Shown piece after piece: positions 12,601-25,339 of a stretch of 64,000 bases of DNA. Source of the stretch: Prorocentrum cordatum (taxonomy: Eukaryota). The position numbers and the translations under genes are program-made. The DNA lies in assembly GCA_963575745.1 (NCBI GenBank), contig CAUYUJ010000148.1:434001-498000 (forward strand), written 5' to 3'. The notes beneath the pieces are model-generated. The model did no database searches and was not told the origin of the DNA. It was given only the letters and a program-made list of their open reading frames with translations. Within the stretch, counting starts at the first letter, position 1; every line of letters starts with the position of its first letter.

Positions 12601-13989
12601 CTGCGCGCATCCGAAGGCATGACAGGCGGAACATCGCAGAATCGCAGCAGCGAGTGGGGAAGTGAAATCTCCGTGGCAAGTCTTGCTCCGGGGCGCGAGG
12701 CCAGCGAAAGCAAGGGCTGCAAAAAAATTGCTGCGGGAAGACAAGGCACAGTGTCTGGTGAAATCTCCGCTGCGCGCCCCATCATGGTCGGCGCTGCGGT
12801 CTCCAATGAGGCCGCTGCCCACGAGACCCACCATTGTGCCAATGCAGCTGGCGCTCGTGAACAACGGCCTGGCGATTCTGAGTACCTCCGGCCCCGCGCC
12901 TCGCATGAGAACTCAACATAATAACTACTCATAAGCACGCCAGATAGCCTCATTATGCGTAAACGATTAGACTGCCACTAGAACCACGCGCGCTTCGCGC
13001 GCTTAGGTTCTAACATGCCCTAGTTGTAGTCTACGAAGTGTTCGGCGCCGGAGGACGTAGATTGCCCCGCGGATCGTGCCACTCAGGAAGCCTCTCTTGC
13101 GGCCCTGAAGACGGACTTGGCGTTGCGCCCCCACGCCCATGCCGGCGCACTTCCCACAGGGACTGCGCCCAACAGGGAGCTCCACCTTCGTTCCCAGAGG
13201 CAAGGTTCGCATAGAGGCACGCCATTCACGCGGGCCGTGCCCCGCAAGTAACCGCATTTGCGGCGCCACAGGGAAGCTCCACAGCGCCGCCCCGCTCACT
13301 TCGGCGCCCCTCTCAGACAGATCGCGGCCCGCAAGGAGTTCCACGAACGGCCCCAGAGACAGGCTTCGCATCCCGCCCTCCCGCCTACGTCGGCACGCCT
13401 CTCACGCGGATCATGGCCCACAGGGATCTCCACCTGCGGCCGCAGAGGCAGGGTTCGCGCCGCGCCCCCCGCCCCGCCGTTGCGGCGCGCCCCATCGCGC
13501 GGATCGCGCGCGCAAGGAGAACAGCCTAAAAGCCCAGAGACAAAATTCGCACAGCGCCGCCCCGCTCATGTCGGCACACCTGTGACGCGAATCATGCCCC
13601 AGGAGGAGGCCCTCCCCATGGCGCCAATGGGCAGCTTCGCGCGGCACCACCCCGCCCACTTCGGAACACGCCTCGGGGGTATCCGAATTATTCGGCATAT
13701 CCTTCACGCGGATCGTGGCCAACAAGGAGTTCAACGCACCCCTGCGCGCGGGCTCCGCAGCAACCATATTTCCGCATTGCCCCGCGGCGCTCAATGTATG
13801 AAGAGAGACCCGCGATCTGCGCTCCACATGTCTGCACAGGGATAGGTCCGTCATCAAACCTAGCGCTTGCTTATCTATGGCCTTCGGCCATGCCGCTACC
13901 GTCCCTGTATTTGGGACAGCTGCTTCTCGGATGCATGTAACTTGGGGCCTCTTGGCATGCTTCTCTGGCGCCTCGTGGAGCAAGTTTTG

Positions 13990-14595
13990 AAACTTCTCGT
14001 GGCCTTGTCTTGTGCCCTGCGGGAGCTTCTCGGGGCCTCTTTGGGGGCCCTGGGGGGCCTCTTGGGCGCCTGCTGCGGCCCCGGGGGCGCGTTCGGCGGG
14101 GGGCTCGAATGTCAATTGGCATTCCCCCTCTTAGACTCCACTTGGGGCCCTCTTGGGCGCTTCTTGGACCGTCTTGGGTGTCATTTGGGCCGTCCTGCGG
14201 CCCTCTTGGAGGCCTCTGGGGCCGTCCTGCGTCGACCTGTGGGGCCTCTTGGGCCGTTTAGGACGCCGTGGAGATCCACAGTGCGGATATGCTAAAAGTG
14301 CACGGTTTCGACGAGGAGTGGAGCGATTTTGGCATCCTGGGGCCATCTCGGGATGCATGTTGGAGCCTTCTTGGGGCGTCTTCTGGGCCTCTTGAGCTGT
14401 CCTCGCAACACGTGGGCGCCTTCGGCCCTGTCAGGTCCCCGATCGCTTTTGGTGGCCTCCTGAGCTGTTTTGGGAAGCGGGGGGCGCCCTGGAGGCCCCG
14501 GAATGGGTCAAACATCTTGTGGGCCAAAGCGGGGGGGGAAGGCGAAATCCGGGAGAGTGCCCCGGCCTGCGCCTGTGTCCCCGGCCCCCCGGGCC

Positions 14596-14597
<2 letters not shown>
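13990..14597 (-). repeat. Interspersed low-complexity repeat family rich in cttgggggcc/ggcctctt; related copies in opposite orientation at ~32815-33545, ~42640-43305, ~45430-45750
   Basis: Same ccaagaggcccc/ccaagacggccc sub-repeats; an A/T-rich internal segment is seen in the other three copies. Confidence 0.75.
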
Positions 14598-14653
<56 letters not shown>

Positions 14654-14765
14654 AAATGCATGTGTAAATATACAGGCATCTATATGTGCATATACACACA
14701 TATATAGAATATCATACAGCTTCAGCACATCAGTATGTATGTAAATGTGTATATATAGATATACA
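14598..14765. repeat. (TA)n(TG)n microsatellite and AT-rich decay
   Basis: Direct inspection. Confidence 0.95.
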
Positions 14766-14986
14766 CGGGGCGCGCGCACATCGGTGCCCCTGCTTTTTTT
14801 TGTCAGCGTCATCATCTGAACGACTCACTTAGAATGTAGCGCCCCCTCGCATAGTGCATCTTCTGTGTAGGCGTGCTCGTATTAATCTAAAAGAATATGC
14901 GCGTGTCTACACGCGCGCTCAGTCGGGGCAAGCGCGAGCGACTCGGGCGCCCCCCCGCCAGACTGACCTGCCGACGCCTAGTCAAA

Positions 14987-16400
14987 TCACTTGCGCGCGG
15001 CCCAAGCCCCCGCCTGCCACTCGAAGCGCTTCTCCTGCACGTTCACCTTCGCGGGGTCTGCTTCGAAAATGGGGAAGTAGTCCACAATCCTCGACCGCCG
15101 GGTCATGAAATCGAGCTTGAATGTGTCGGGGACCATCACGTGCGGGGCATTGTTGCACCCCCAAGTGAACGCGGTGTTCTGCAGGTTGACCATTGGAGCC
15201 ACCTTGCCGCAGTTCGGCCCCGCGGGGAACTCTCCGCCCGAGAACGCGTTCTTCAATAAATCGCCGCGCGCCGCCGTCGTCGCGGGCGCCCCCTGTGTAG
15301 CGGCGGCCCGACAGAACGCAACATTGATAGCCTGCTTGCGACGCTCCCCCTCGTTCTCGAAGCACGTGGACGGGATGTACTTGTGGGTGTCCGAGAAGAC
15401 GTTGCGGCCGAGGGCAGAAAGCAAGGGCTTGGAATTGCCGCCGCCCCAGACATGGCACAAGCAGACGTGCGTGTCCTGCTTCCCCAGGAGGCCGAGGACG
15501 TCGTTCGCGCGCGCCATGCGACGGCCTTCGGGGTCCCCCGCGAACGCAGTCATCAGCGCAATAGAAAACTTATTTCGGTCGGCGTCGGGCGGCTTGTAGG
15601 CCAGGTGGTTGCGCAGGGGGCATTCCATGTGGATGTAGCAGTCGTTCTTCGCTGCTTTCTGGATGCGCGCACTGCTCCCGCCACATTGCGTTCCACCCGT
15701 GGCAGAGGATATGTTAGCGCGCGCATTGTCAAAGCATAATATGGTGTGCTCCGTGGCATGGCGGCCCCGCTGAAAGAACTCGGCGCGCGCCTTCAGGGCG
15801 CCGGCCCCTTGGGTTGCATTCGCGAAACGCCATGGCATGTTGGAGAGCGAATACGCCGCCGCGGTTGCCCAATGCTTCGCGTCGCGCAGCTCGAAATCTT
15901 CCGCGGGGGCGACGTTCGCCCACTCCTGGAAGTTCTTCAAGTAGGGAGTGGCGCTCGCCCAGGTGCGGTCCACTCCCGCCATCGCCGCCTCCATCAGCGC
16001 GAATTTGGCCGCCGTCATCGCTTGCCCCATGCGGATGACGAGGCGCTGAGACATCGCGCCGACGGCCAGCCAGGCCCCGCCCTCGAGCTCGCACGCGGCA
16101 TCGGAGTGAGCGCGAAGCTCGCCCCCGCAGAGCAAGCCAACAACGCGGGCGAGGAGGAAGTCGCTCTTTGGGTCCCAGGTCATGCCCAAGTCGACGCACC
16201 GAGCGGCAATGGACAGCACATGCTTTTTGACGAGATCCATGCTCGCCCAAGCCTCGCCGAAGCCAAGTGCCAACTTGTTCGCCAGCCGCTTGGTCTCCTC
16301 CGAGAGGGTGGCATTCGACCCTGTCGCCTCTGCCAGAACCTGGAATGTCAAGTAGCTGGCATTCAGCTCGTCAGGCCCATCGTCTCCCACATCTCTACGT
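14987..16400 (-). pseudogene. D5/P4-alpha-like superfamily-3 helicase domain protein with degenerate motifs
   Basis: Uninterrupted ORF of >450 aa: Walker A VWGGGNSK(P) at ~15430-15450, decayed Walker B ATQG, KNAFSGGEFPAGPNCG, motif C WGCNNAP, Arg finger TRRSRIVDYFPIF; D5_N-like ILCFDN segment upstream. Confidence 0.7.
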
Positions 16401-16843
16401 CGGCGCTGCCAGCCGCCGCAGCCAGGCGCGGGCGCGCGCGGCGCTCGACGGGAACACCTGCTGGCGCCGCCATTCAACCGACTGGCGCGGACAGCGAGAG
16501 ACGCGATGTGGCGAAGTGGGCGGAGTCGCGGCCGTCTGGGCGCAAACCTTCTTTAAGCCAAAACGCCAGCAATGAGGAGAGGACTCCTTGTTATGATTGG
16601 TTAACGTGTTTCCTACGTTTCCCAACCTGCTAGGTTTTCTTTCGGGTTCCTTAATGGGGGTCCTCCACAACCCTCTCGTAGGTCGCTCGCGTGTCCCCCC
16701 CTGTGCCTTTCCTCGGGGATCCTCCTGGACTGCTTTCTAAGGCTCCCTACTGCACCCCCAACCGTGTCATGCTGGAGCGCAAGCTTGCTATCGGCAGCTC
16801 GTGGATGCTTTGTCGTTGACTCCTACTGCTTCCTCGTGGTTCC

Positions 16844-17345
16844 TCATCTCCGTTGGTTGTGGCTCACGACGATGTTTTTCTTTGGGAAGACACTGTAAGC
16901 TGGCTCCCTCTTGCTCGCCCAGCCGGGGTCCGAGGAGGCATCGCTGCCCACGGCGTCTGACGACGGCGTGGACGAAGAAGACGCTGAAGACGAGCTCGAG
17001 GAACCCTGCTTTTTGGCAGGGCGCTTCCTCACAACCGCCTCTTCGTTGAGCTTTTCCAAGCGCCTCTTCTCACGGCTGCGCCGCGCCGCCTCCTTGCTAG
17101 CCGTCTTCTTCTCGTCTGCCGTCATCTTCTCGCGAGGGCAAATGGAAGCCATCGGGGCCGCCTGCTTGTGACGGAGGCGCCTTTTCCCGGAAGGGGCGGG
17201 GACCTTCCAACCGTTGTTGGTTGCGAGCTGGGCTGGGGCCTTGGTGCTATTCTTGATATTTTCCCATCCCTCGGCATCGCCAGGGAACGCGGTGCGAACC
17301 TTGCAACACAACAGTGCTTGAGCCTCAAACCAGCTACGGAAGACT
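16844..17345 (-). CDS. Basic, putative DNA-binding protein fragment of unknown family
   Basis: Non-repetitive reading frame with KRRLRHKQ, KEAARRSREKRR and VVRKRPAKK; no start identified (runs into GAT repeat). Confidence 0.4.
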
Positions 17346-17349
17346 GAAC

Positions 17350-18370
17350 TGATGCTGGTGACGATGCTGATGACATGCGTCAGCCTGAGGAAACTGCCGA
17401 TGACAATGCGGATGAGGAGTATTACTTTCAAGATGCTGTTGATGACGATGCTGGTGACATGCCGTGCTCTGAGGATGCTGTTGGTGACGATGGTGATGAC
17501 GAGCATGACTATCAAAATCTTGCTGATGACGATGGTGATGACGAGTAGGGTTTTGAACATGCTGCGGATGACGATGCCGATGACATGCGTCGACCTGCTG
17601 ATGATATCGGTGATCATGCTGATGACGATGGTGATTCTCAAGCTGCTGTCGATGACGATGGTGATGACGTCTCCTCCTCCTCCTCCTCCTCCTCCTGCTC
17701 CTCCTCCTCTTCCTCCTCCTCCTCCTCCTGGGTGGTCCGAAGGTGGAGGAGGAGGAGGAGGAGGAGGGGGGAGACCATGAGGTGCTCCACCTGGATGGTC
17801 CTCCTCCTGGGTGTTCCGAAGGCGGAGGTGGAGGTGGTGATGATGACGAGCATGACTATCCAGACCTTGTCGATGACCATGCTGATGACAATTATTACTT
17901 CCAACGACGCCGTTCTGCTGATGACCATGCTGCTGATGACCATGCTGATGACAAACCGTGCTCTGAGGATCCTGTTGGTGACAATGGTGATGACGAGTAT
18001 GACTATCAAAACCTTGCTGATGACGATGGTGATGACGAGTATGGTTGTGAACATGCTGCTGATATCGATGACCATGCTGATGACGATGGTGATTCTCAAG
18101 CTGCTGTCGATGACGATGGTGATGACGTCTCCCCCTCCTCCTCCTCCTCCTCCTCCTCCTCCTCCTCCTGCTCCTCCTCCTCCTGGGTGGTCCGAAGGTG
18201 GAGGAGGAGGAGGAGGAGGAGGAGGAGGAGGAGGAGGAGGGGGGAGACCAAGAGGTGCTCCACCTGGGTGGTTCTCCTCCTGGGTGGTCCGAAGGTGGAG
18301 GTGGAGGTGGTGGTGATGATGACGAGTATGACTATGAAAACCTTGTTGATGTCCATGGTGATGACGAGCT
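17350..18370. repeat. GAT/GAC-derived degenerate repeat with an internal ~250-bp duplication (~17615-17860 vs ~18074-18340)
   Basis: catgctgatgacgatggtgattctcaagctgctgtcgatgacgatggtgatgacgtctcc present twice. Confidence 0.85.
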
Positions 18371-19124
18371 GCGCCTCGCCGAAAACGTTCCGGTCCGACC
18401 TAAGAACCGAAATTGGTTCGAGGGTGGAGGAGAAGACGGAGGAGAAGGGAGGGGAGAATATGAGGACCAAGGGAAAATAGAAATCCGAGGGGGGGGATTC
18501 CGATAACGAGAAGGAGGTGCAGGAATGGGAAGAGGAGGACGAGGAGGGCGAGGATCAGGGGGGGGAGGAGGAGGACGACGAGGTGCCGCCGACGCCCACG
18601 GGCTACCTCCTCGCTCAGGGGTTCGGCCCTGGCCCGTGGGGGGAAGGATCCAGCAAAAAAAAAGGCCCCTGGATCCACTGGCCCCGCTTTTTTAGTGTTT
18701 TTTCCTCTGGGGCCAGTGGACCCAGAGGGCCGTTGTTTAAATGTTTTTTCCTCTGGGACCTTCCCCCCAGGGCCAGACCCCCCCAGTCCCCTTCGCACAA
18801 ATGGAATATATTTGTAAACTGCCACAAAGGGAATCCGTGTGTAATTCCGCCACAAACGGAATCTATTTGTAGGCCCCCAGCAAGGGAATCGATGTGCGAC
18901 CCCCACAAGCGAGGTAAACAGGTAAACAGAGAGGAAAAGAAAACGGGCGCCCCCGCCAACAGTCTTCGGGGCAAAAAAAGCAGGGGCACCGATATGCGCG
19001 TGCACCCGCGTGATTTTCGCTCCCCGCGCCTGTGTTGCCCCCTGGAAGTTCCAAAAACAATTGGCGTCAGTTTCCCTTCATTCATATGGAAAACCATGTG
19101 TTGAAAGTGGTCAAGACGATACAT

Positions 19125-19860
19125 GTTACCTCCTTTGGCTGGAACGATAGCCTGTCGCAGGTTACCACTCCAGCCTAGTGCGCGCTAGAACGATAACCTT
19201 TCTCAGGTTACCTCTCCAGCCTAGGGCACGCGGACGCGATAACCTTGCTCAGGTTACCTCGCCCGCGGCTCGAACGGTAACCTTCCTCAGGTTACCACTC
19301 CAGCCTAGTGCGCGCTAGAAGGATAACCTTTCTCAGGTTACCTCTCCAGCCTACTGCGCGCCGGCGCGATAACCTTGTACAGAGTACCTCGCCCGCGGCT
19401 GGAACGGTAACCTTTCTCAGGTTACCGCTCAAGCCTAGTGCGCGCTAGAACGATAACCTTTCTCAGGTTACCTCTCCAGCCTACTGCGCGCCGGCGCGAT
19501 AACCTTGTTCAGGTTACCTCGCCCGCGGCTGGAGCAGTAACCTTTTCTCAGGTTACCGCTCCAGCCATGCGCTTGAAGGTTCGTTTCACCCTCCAAATGG
19601 GGACCATATTCTTGCTCAGGTTACGGCACCCATTGCGAGAGCGATGCAAGGTTTCTCAGGTTACCTCTCCAACGGAACGCTGGCGGAAACGATCGCCTTG
19701 CTCAGGCGACCTCTCCCGCGGCTAGAACTATAACCTTTCTCAGGTTACCTCTCCAGCCTACTGCGCGCGAGCGAGATAACCTTGTTCAGGTTACCTCGCC
19801 CGCGGCTGGAGCGATAACCTTTCTCAGGTTACCACTCCAGCCACGCGCGCGAAGTTACGT
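19125..19860. repeat. Satellite of ~40-46-bp subunits (GATAACCTT..CAGGTTACC) with ~130-bp higher-order period
   Basis: ctagaacgataacctttctcaggttacctctccagcct at ~19185, 19316, 19445, 19722. Confidence 0.9.
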
Positions 19861-19889
19861 TTCACCCGAACACGGGGACCAAATGGAAA

Positions 19890-19931
19890 CGACGATGATG
19901 ATGCTGATGCTGGTGATGGTGATGGTGATGG

Positions 19932-19987
<56 letters not shown>

Positions 19988-20106
19988 CTGATACTGATGC
20001 TGATGCTGATGATGATGATGATGACAATGACAATGGTCATGATGATGATGAGGATGATGATGATGCTGATGACGATGACGATGCTGAGGATCATTATCAT
20101 GACGAC

Positions 20107-20165
<59 letters not shown>

Positions 20166-20300
20166 GGAGGAGGAGGAGGGGAGGAGGAAGAGGAGGAGGA
20201 GGAGGAGGAGGAGGAGAAGGAGAAGGAGGAGGAGGACGACGACGAGGAGGAGGAGGAGGAAGGAGAAGGAGGAGGAGGAGGAGGAGGGAGGAGGAGGAGC
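19890..20300. repeat. (GAT)n then (GAG)n microsatellites
   Basis: Direct inspection. Confidence 0.95.
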
Positions 20301-20589
20301 AGGCAGGATGGGGGGCATGGGCAAGAGGCAAGACGAGCAGATTGAGGCAGTAGGGAAAGGCATGATGAGTAGGCAGGAGGAAGAAGCACGGTGATGAGTC
20401 GTCAGGAAGAGCATGATGAGGAAACCAGAGGATGCGGGCGAGGAGGATGCGGGGGAGGACGACGATGAGAAGGCGATAGTAGGATGGTGTTAGTGAGGCA
20501 TGATGGTGACGCATGTAGATGATGATGATCAGGAGGAAGAGAGGGAGGAAGAGGAGAAGGAGGAGGAGGAGGAGGACGACGACGACGAA

Positions 20590-20902
20590 GGTGTCTGAGG
20601 TGTCCGGGATGTCCGGGGTGTCCGGGGGACGTGTCCGGAATGTCCGGGGTGTCCGGGGGACGTGTCCGGGATGTCCGGGGTGTCCGGGGGACGCGTCCGG
20701 GGGACGTGTCCGAGGTGTCCGGGGTGTCCAGGGGACGTGTCCGGGGGATGTGTCCGGGGGACGTGTCCGGGGGACGTGTCCGGGGGACGTGTCCGGGAGA
20801 CGTGTCTGGGGTGTCCGGGGTGTCCGGGGTGTCTGGGGTGTCCGGGGTGTCCGGGGGACGTGTCCGGGGTGCCCGGGGTGTCCGGCGGACGTGTCCGGGG
20901 AC
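20590..20902. repeat. GTCCGGGGT/GTCCGGGGGACGT minisatellite (same family as 9121-9485)
   Basis: Direct inspection. Confidence 0.95.
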
Positions 20903-23900
20903 CTGTGGGGGACAATGATATTTTGGCACCTCGGTAGGGGGCGCCATTCCCACTGTGGCAACACCGCCTGTGCCAATCACTTTTCACAACGCAATCCTCC
21001 CGCTCTCAGTGCCGCACTAGGCCGGCCAGCCAGACTGAAGTGACCAGCCTTGACTTGGGGATGTGCTGGTGCATGGGGGTTGGGCACACGGCCCGCTACG
21101 ACACCGCCAGGGCAGGTCAGATGGCCCGCTACACCGCCGCCGCGAAGCGGATTCTAGTCAGGATGCCCCTCGCGTTTTCAGAATACCGCCAAATCTATAT
21201 CCAAACCAGCCTTGCAATTAGTTAGTGTACGCTTACATGCCAGCCTACAACGTCCTGCCATGGAAAACTTGCCTAGGCTAGTCAGTAACGTCTGTGCCAG
21301 ACCTAACCAGATCCGCTTCAGTTTCACCGTCGTTTGATTATTTTTGGCACCTGCAATATACTACAATGGGGAACGTGGTTTAAAGGATCCTGGGGTGGAT
21401 GGGGATACTCTAGCGACCCAGCCTAAGTGTATTATCCGGCGAGCTTTAGGCAGGCCTGCACTCTTGCTCGTGTGTACTGTTACCTCCTTTCGAATCTTTC
21501 CTCGTTATCAGTTGTACTCGTTACTTTTGATTATGTATGTTTGCACCCTCCCTCGAACCTTGCATTGCCGCGGACTAGGTTACTTCTGCCCTGTCGGGCC
21601 ACTCCTATGTTCGCTCCTTGTTGCTTTACTTTAAATGCACCCGTCCGCGGCATCATTTCCTTGCCAACTCCGCCTAAGTCGAAGCCTCTTTTGTCGCCAT
21701 GATGAACGCATCAAGCTTGGCCCTCATCTTTGCCCAAAATCAAAATGGAGGACGAGGCGTTGGAAGACGAAAAGTTGGAGGGCTGGAGGAGAAGGAGAAA
21801 ATGGAGAAGTTGGAGGAGAAGGAGTAATTGAAGGAGGGGTTAGAGCAGGAGAAAAAGGAGGAGTCGGATGAAGAGCTGGAGGATGAGTTGGAGGAGGAGC
21901 ACGGCAACGCGTGCGGAGCACGAGCACCCCGTCCTCGCCCTCCTCGAGTTCTCCGGCGCCTCCTCCTGCTGCTCCGCCTCCCTCCTTCGCCTCATATCCC
22001 TCCTCCACCTGTTCATCCCACTCCCCCGGACGGCGAACGCAATGACAAGCAGAAGGGCAAGCCCGCCCCTTGCCGCCAGCATCGGTCACGCCGATGCACT
22101 TGAGCTTCTCGATGACCCTCGCGCGATGCGGCGTGCTCTTCGCACCAGCCAGCAGTGGAAGAAGATGGGCCACAATCTTGCCACTGCCACCCGTACCGGA
22201 TACTCCCTCGGGCATCTCAGCGGGAATCCAGGCATCACCCTGACAACTCCATCTGGACAGCCCTCCCAGGACTCGCTCTTCCATACCACATAGCACTGGT
22301 ACTTCTGGTGTCCTTGATTCCGCTTCGGGACACCCCCAAAGGGGGAGAGAGAGCTGATCAACTGGGGCGGAGAGAGCGAGAGCACGGAGGAGGCAAAGGG
22401 AGTGATGGGAGGGAGGGAAAGAAGGCCGAAGGGGGAGGATGATACACAGCAGGGAGGAAGGGAGGGAGGGACGGGAGGGAGGCAGCACGCACGCTGGAAT
22501 GTGTTGGAACCACGTGCAAACTGTCTGGCAGGGCCAGCAATTCTCCCAGGGCGCCCCCCCTACTACTGCGACGATATCAGAAGGATGATCATTAAGGTCC
22601 CCGGGGAGACACAAATGCATGCACACGAATTCCTGGTTTCCAATATCAATATGTAGTTCATAGATGGCCCTCTTCCCCGCAGCTTCCCAATTTCCAATAC
22701 GCATTCTCAAGGAAATCGACGAGAGTTTGGGGCGGTGTACGTTTGTCCCTCCGGTCAGTCCGGATGCGCGGCCCCTGGACGCCCAGATCGGAGCAGATGT
22801 TGGGGAAAAAGCGTGGCCGCGGTCGAGGACTGGGGACCAGGATGGGCCGAGAGGCAAGGACGGAAGGATACCTTTGGGAAGTTACTGCTCCTCTTCATCC
22901 TCATTATCCTCCTCATTCTCCTCCTCCTCCTCACGAGCCGGCGGGCGGGGCGCCTGTTGATGTCGTTGCCGCCACCGCGTCTCGAGATCGACCAGACAGG
23001 ATTGGAAATCTGCGCGTGGCGGGGAGGGGGGGGGGCATCCCCGGCATGCACACTGCGTGCACGATGAAGGAAGAGAGCTGTCCGATCCTGGTCAGGCCCA
23101 TCCTGTGCCCAGGACGGGCCTGGGCAGAATCGGTGCATGCGCATAGCTCTTTTCGTCCGATATGACATGAGGCAAGATCAGAAGGTTTGGATTGCAAGAC
23201 GCTTCCCGCTGGTGCGCGCTCGAGTCCTCATAGACTGTGCCAGAGGGGCACTGGCCACATGCAAAAGAACTGCGTTCACTCTTTTCACCACACCAGCCTG
23301 CCCTTTTAATCTGACGAGTGGCTGAGGCAGCCCAGAGGGATAATAACACCTGCTAATCAATACACATTTGTAGCGTTTCAATGCCGTCATCCTGGCGTCT
23401 ATTCAGCCTGGCCCATGCTTGAACGCGCAGCTCCATGTTTAATTGTTTAACTGTCGATGCATCCACCCACCCCTCACACACACACCATCGCTCTGCCTTA
23501 CTCTCTGTTTATGTATATGTTGTTGTTGTTGTTCTCTCTCTCTCTCTCTCTCCCCCCCTCTCTCTCTCTTTCTGCCTGTCTGTCTCTCTCTCTCTCTCTC
23601 CCTCTGTCCAATTCCACATTCTGGCTCAGGCGACGGCACGGCCTCGAGCGTCCCCTCCCCGGCGAGGCGCAGCTGCAGGCATGCCGGGGCCCCCTCGGCC
23701 CTCGGCTCCTCCCTCGTGAGGGCCGCCGTGCGGGCCGCGGCGTTGGCTGGGGCGCCTCGGCGCACGATGGGCTGCCACCGCTCGCTCGGCCACCTCCGCC
23801 ACGCTCTGCGCTGCGCGGAGAAACCGAAGCCAACGGCAGCGACCGCGCCAGCTGCTGCCCCTGAAGATCCTCAAAGGGTTCGCGCGACCTGCTGCCCCTA

Positions 23901-24138
23901 GGGAGAGGGGGGATGTCATGATCAGATTGGGTCAAGGGTGCGCTCCAAGATTTCCAGAGCATCTAACGGCCCTCGTTTTTATAGCTGGGGTAGAGCATTC
24001 GGGAGTGCCAGACATTCTGAAAGCCTTGGAATTTGTGGGAACGTGTCAGTATCACTGCCTAGTGCCCCTCTGAGCACTGCCCGCCGCCTCTGCCGCGAAC
24101 GAAGAGCGGCGGCGCCGCCGACGCCGTTGCCTGGCGGC

Positions 24139-24260
24139 CCGGCGAGCCGCGGTGGCGCCCCCCCCCCTGCCGGTGCACTGGGCGCTGGCGCTGGTGCGCC
24201 GGCGAGCCGCGGTGGCGCCCCCCCCCCACTGCCGGTGCGCTGGGCGCTGGCGCTGGTGCG
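24139..24260. repeat. Two-copy ~60-bp tandem duplication
   Basis: ccggcgagccgcggtggcgcc(c)n tgccggtgc.ctgggcgctggcgctggtgcg twice. Confidence 0.85.
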
Positions 24261-25339
24261 GCCCACGACGGCATAGCGGAACACGGGCTGCCCGACGACT
24301 CGCGTGCAGGAGGAGGAGGAGGAGGAGGAGGAGGAGGAGGAGGAGGAGGAGGAGCAAAAGCAGGAGTAGGAGGAGCAGGATGAGCAGGAGGCGGAAGGAG
24401 GAGGGAGGAGGAGAAGGAGGAGGAGGAGTTGGAGGAGGAGGAGGAGGAGGAGGAGGAGGGGAAGGACGACTCGCAGGCTGACGCTGGGCGGCTTGCCACC
24501 CCGCCGGCCGCTGTCGTTCCTCCGCCTCGTCTTGGGTGCCTGGGAAACTCCTGCGGAACACGCACGCGGGCTGGTGCTGCGGCGGCCGCGGTTGGAGGAG
24601 CGGACACCGAGGCACGCTCGGCGCTCACCTTAGGTCGGGCATGTCCTCCTGCAGGCGGACTCTGGAGGAAAATAGAATCATAAAATATTCGAAAATCTTC
24701 CCCAGGCTATTTCTTGACTACTTCCTGTAGAAGGACAGGCCCGACTGAACGCTGGTCGCGACGCACCTCCCGCGGTCTGGCGCCCTAGGGGCCGACTCTG
24801 TGTTTTTTCGAAAGCCCGCCGTCCGAATCGTTCCGCTAGCACTCGGGCTCGGCGGCGGAGACCGGCGCTGGCGCGGGGGGTGGGCAACGTAACGGCCGGC
24901 GACGCTGCGCAAACCCATCCAGGGGGGGGTGGCGCCTACCCCTCCACGCCCTCCTTGCCAAAGATCTCGCTGTCAGCGCACTCCACCACAAGTTTCCCGG
25001 GACTCGCACTCTGCTGGTGGCTGGTGTTCCCGAGCCCTTCTCGTGAAACTGGACCCCAAGGCCGGTGTCGCCCAATTGGGGCGCATCGGTCTGTGTCTCT
25101 CTCTCTCTCTCTCTTTCTCTTTCTCTCTCCAAATCGACTGCGTCGGTGTCATTTCTCCCTCTGTCCGCGTCCGCCAATTACTTGCTCAGACCCTCCTCAA
25201 CTCCATCGCGCAAACTGACAAACGATACGCGGCTCTCCTTTTCCCCTGGTTCGGGATGTAGGAGGACGACGTGGACGACGACGAGAAAAAAGCGACGACA
25301 ACGAAAAGGGCAAGGTTGAAGTGTAAACGGGCAAGAGGA

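Noticed and set aside
21950..22760. Possible exons on the minus strand
   Set aside because: No recognisable domain or defensible splice model
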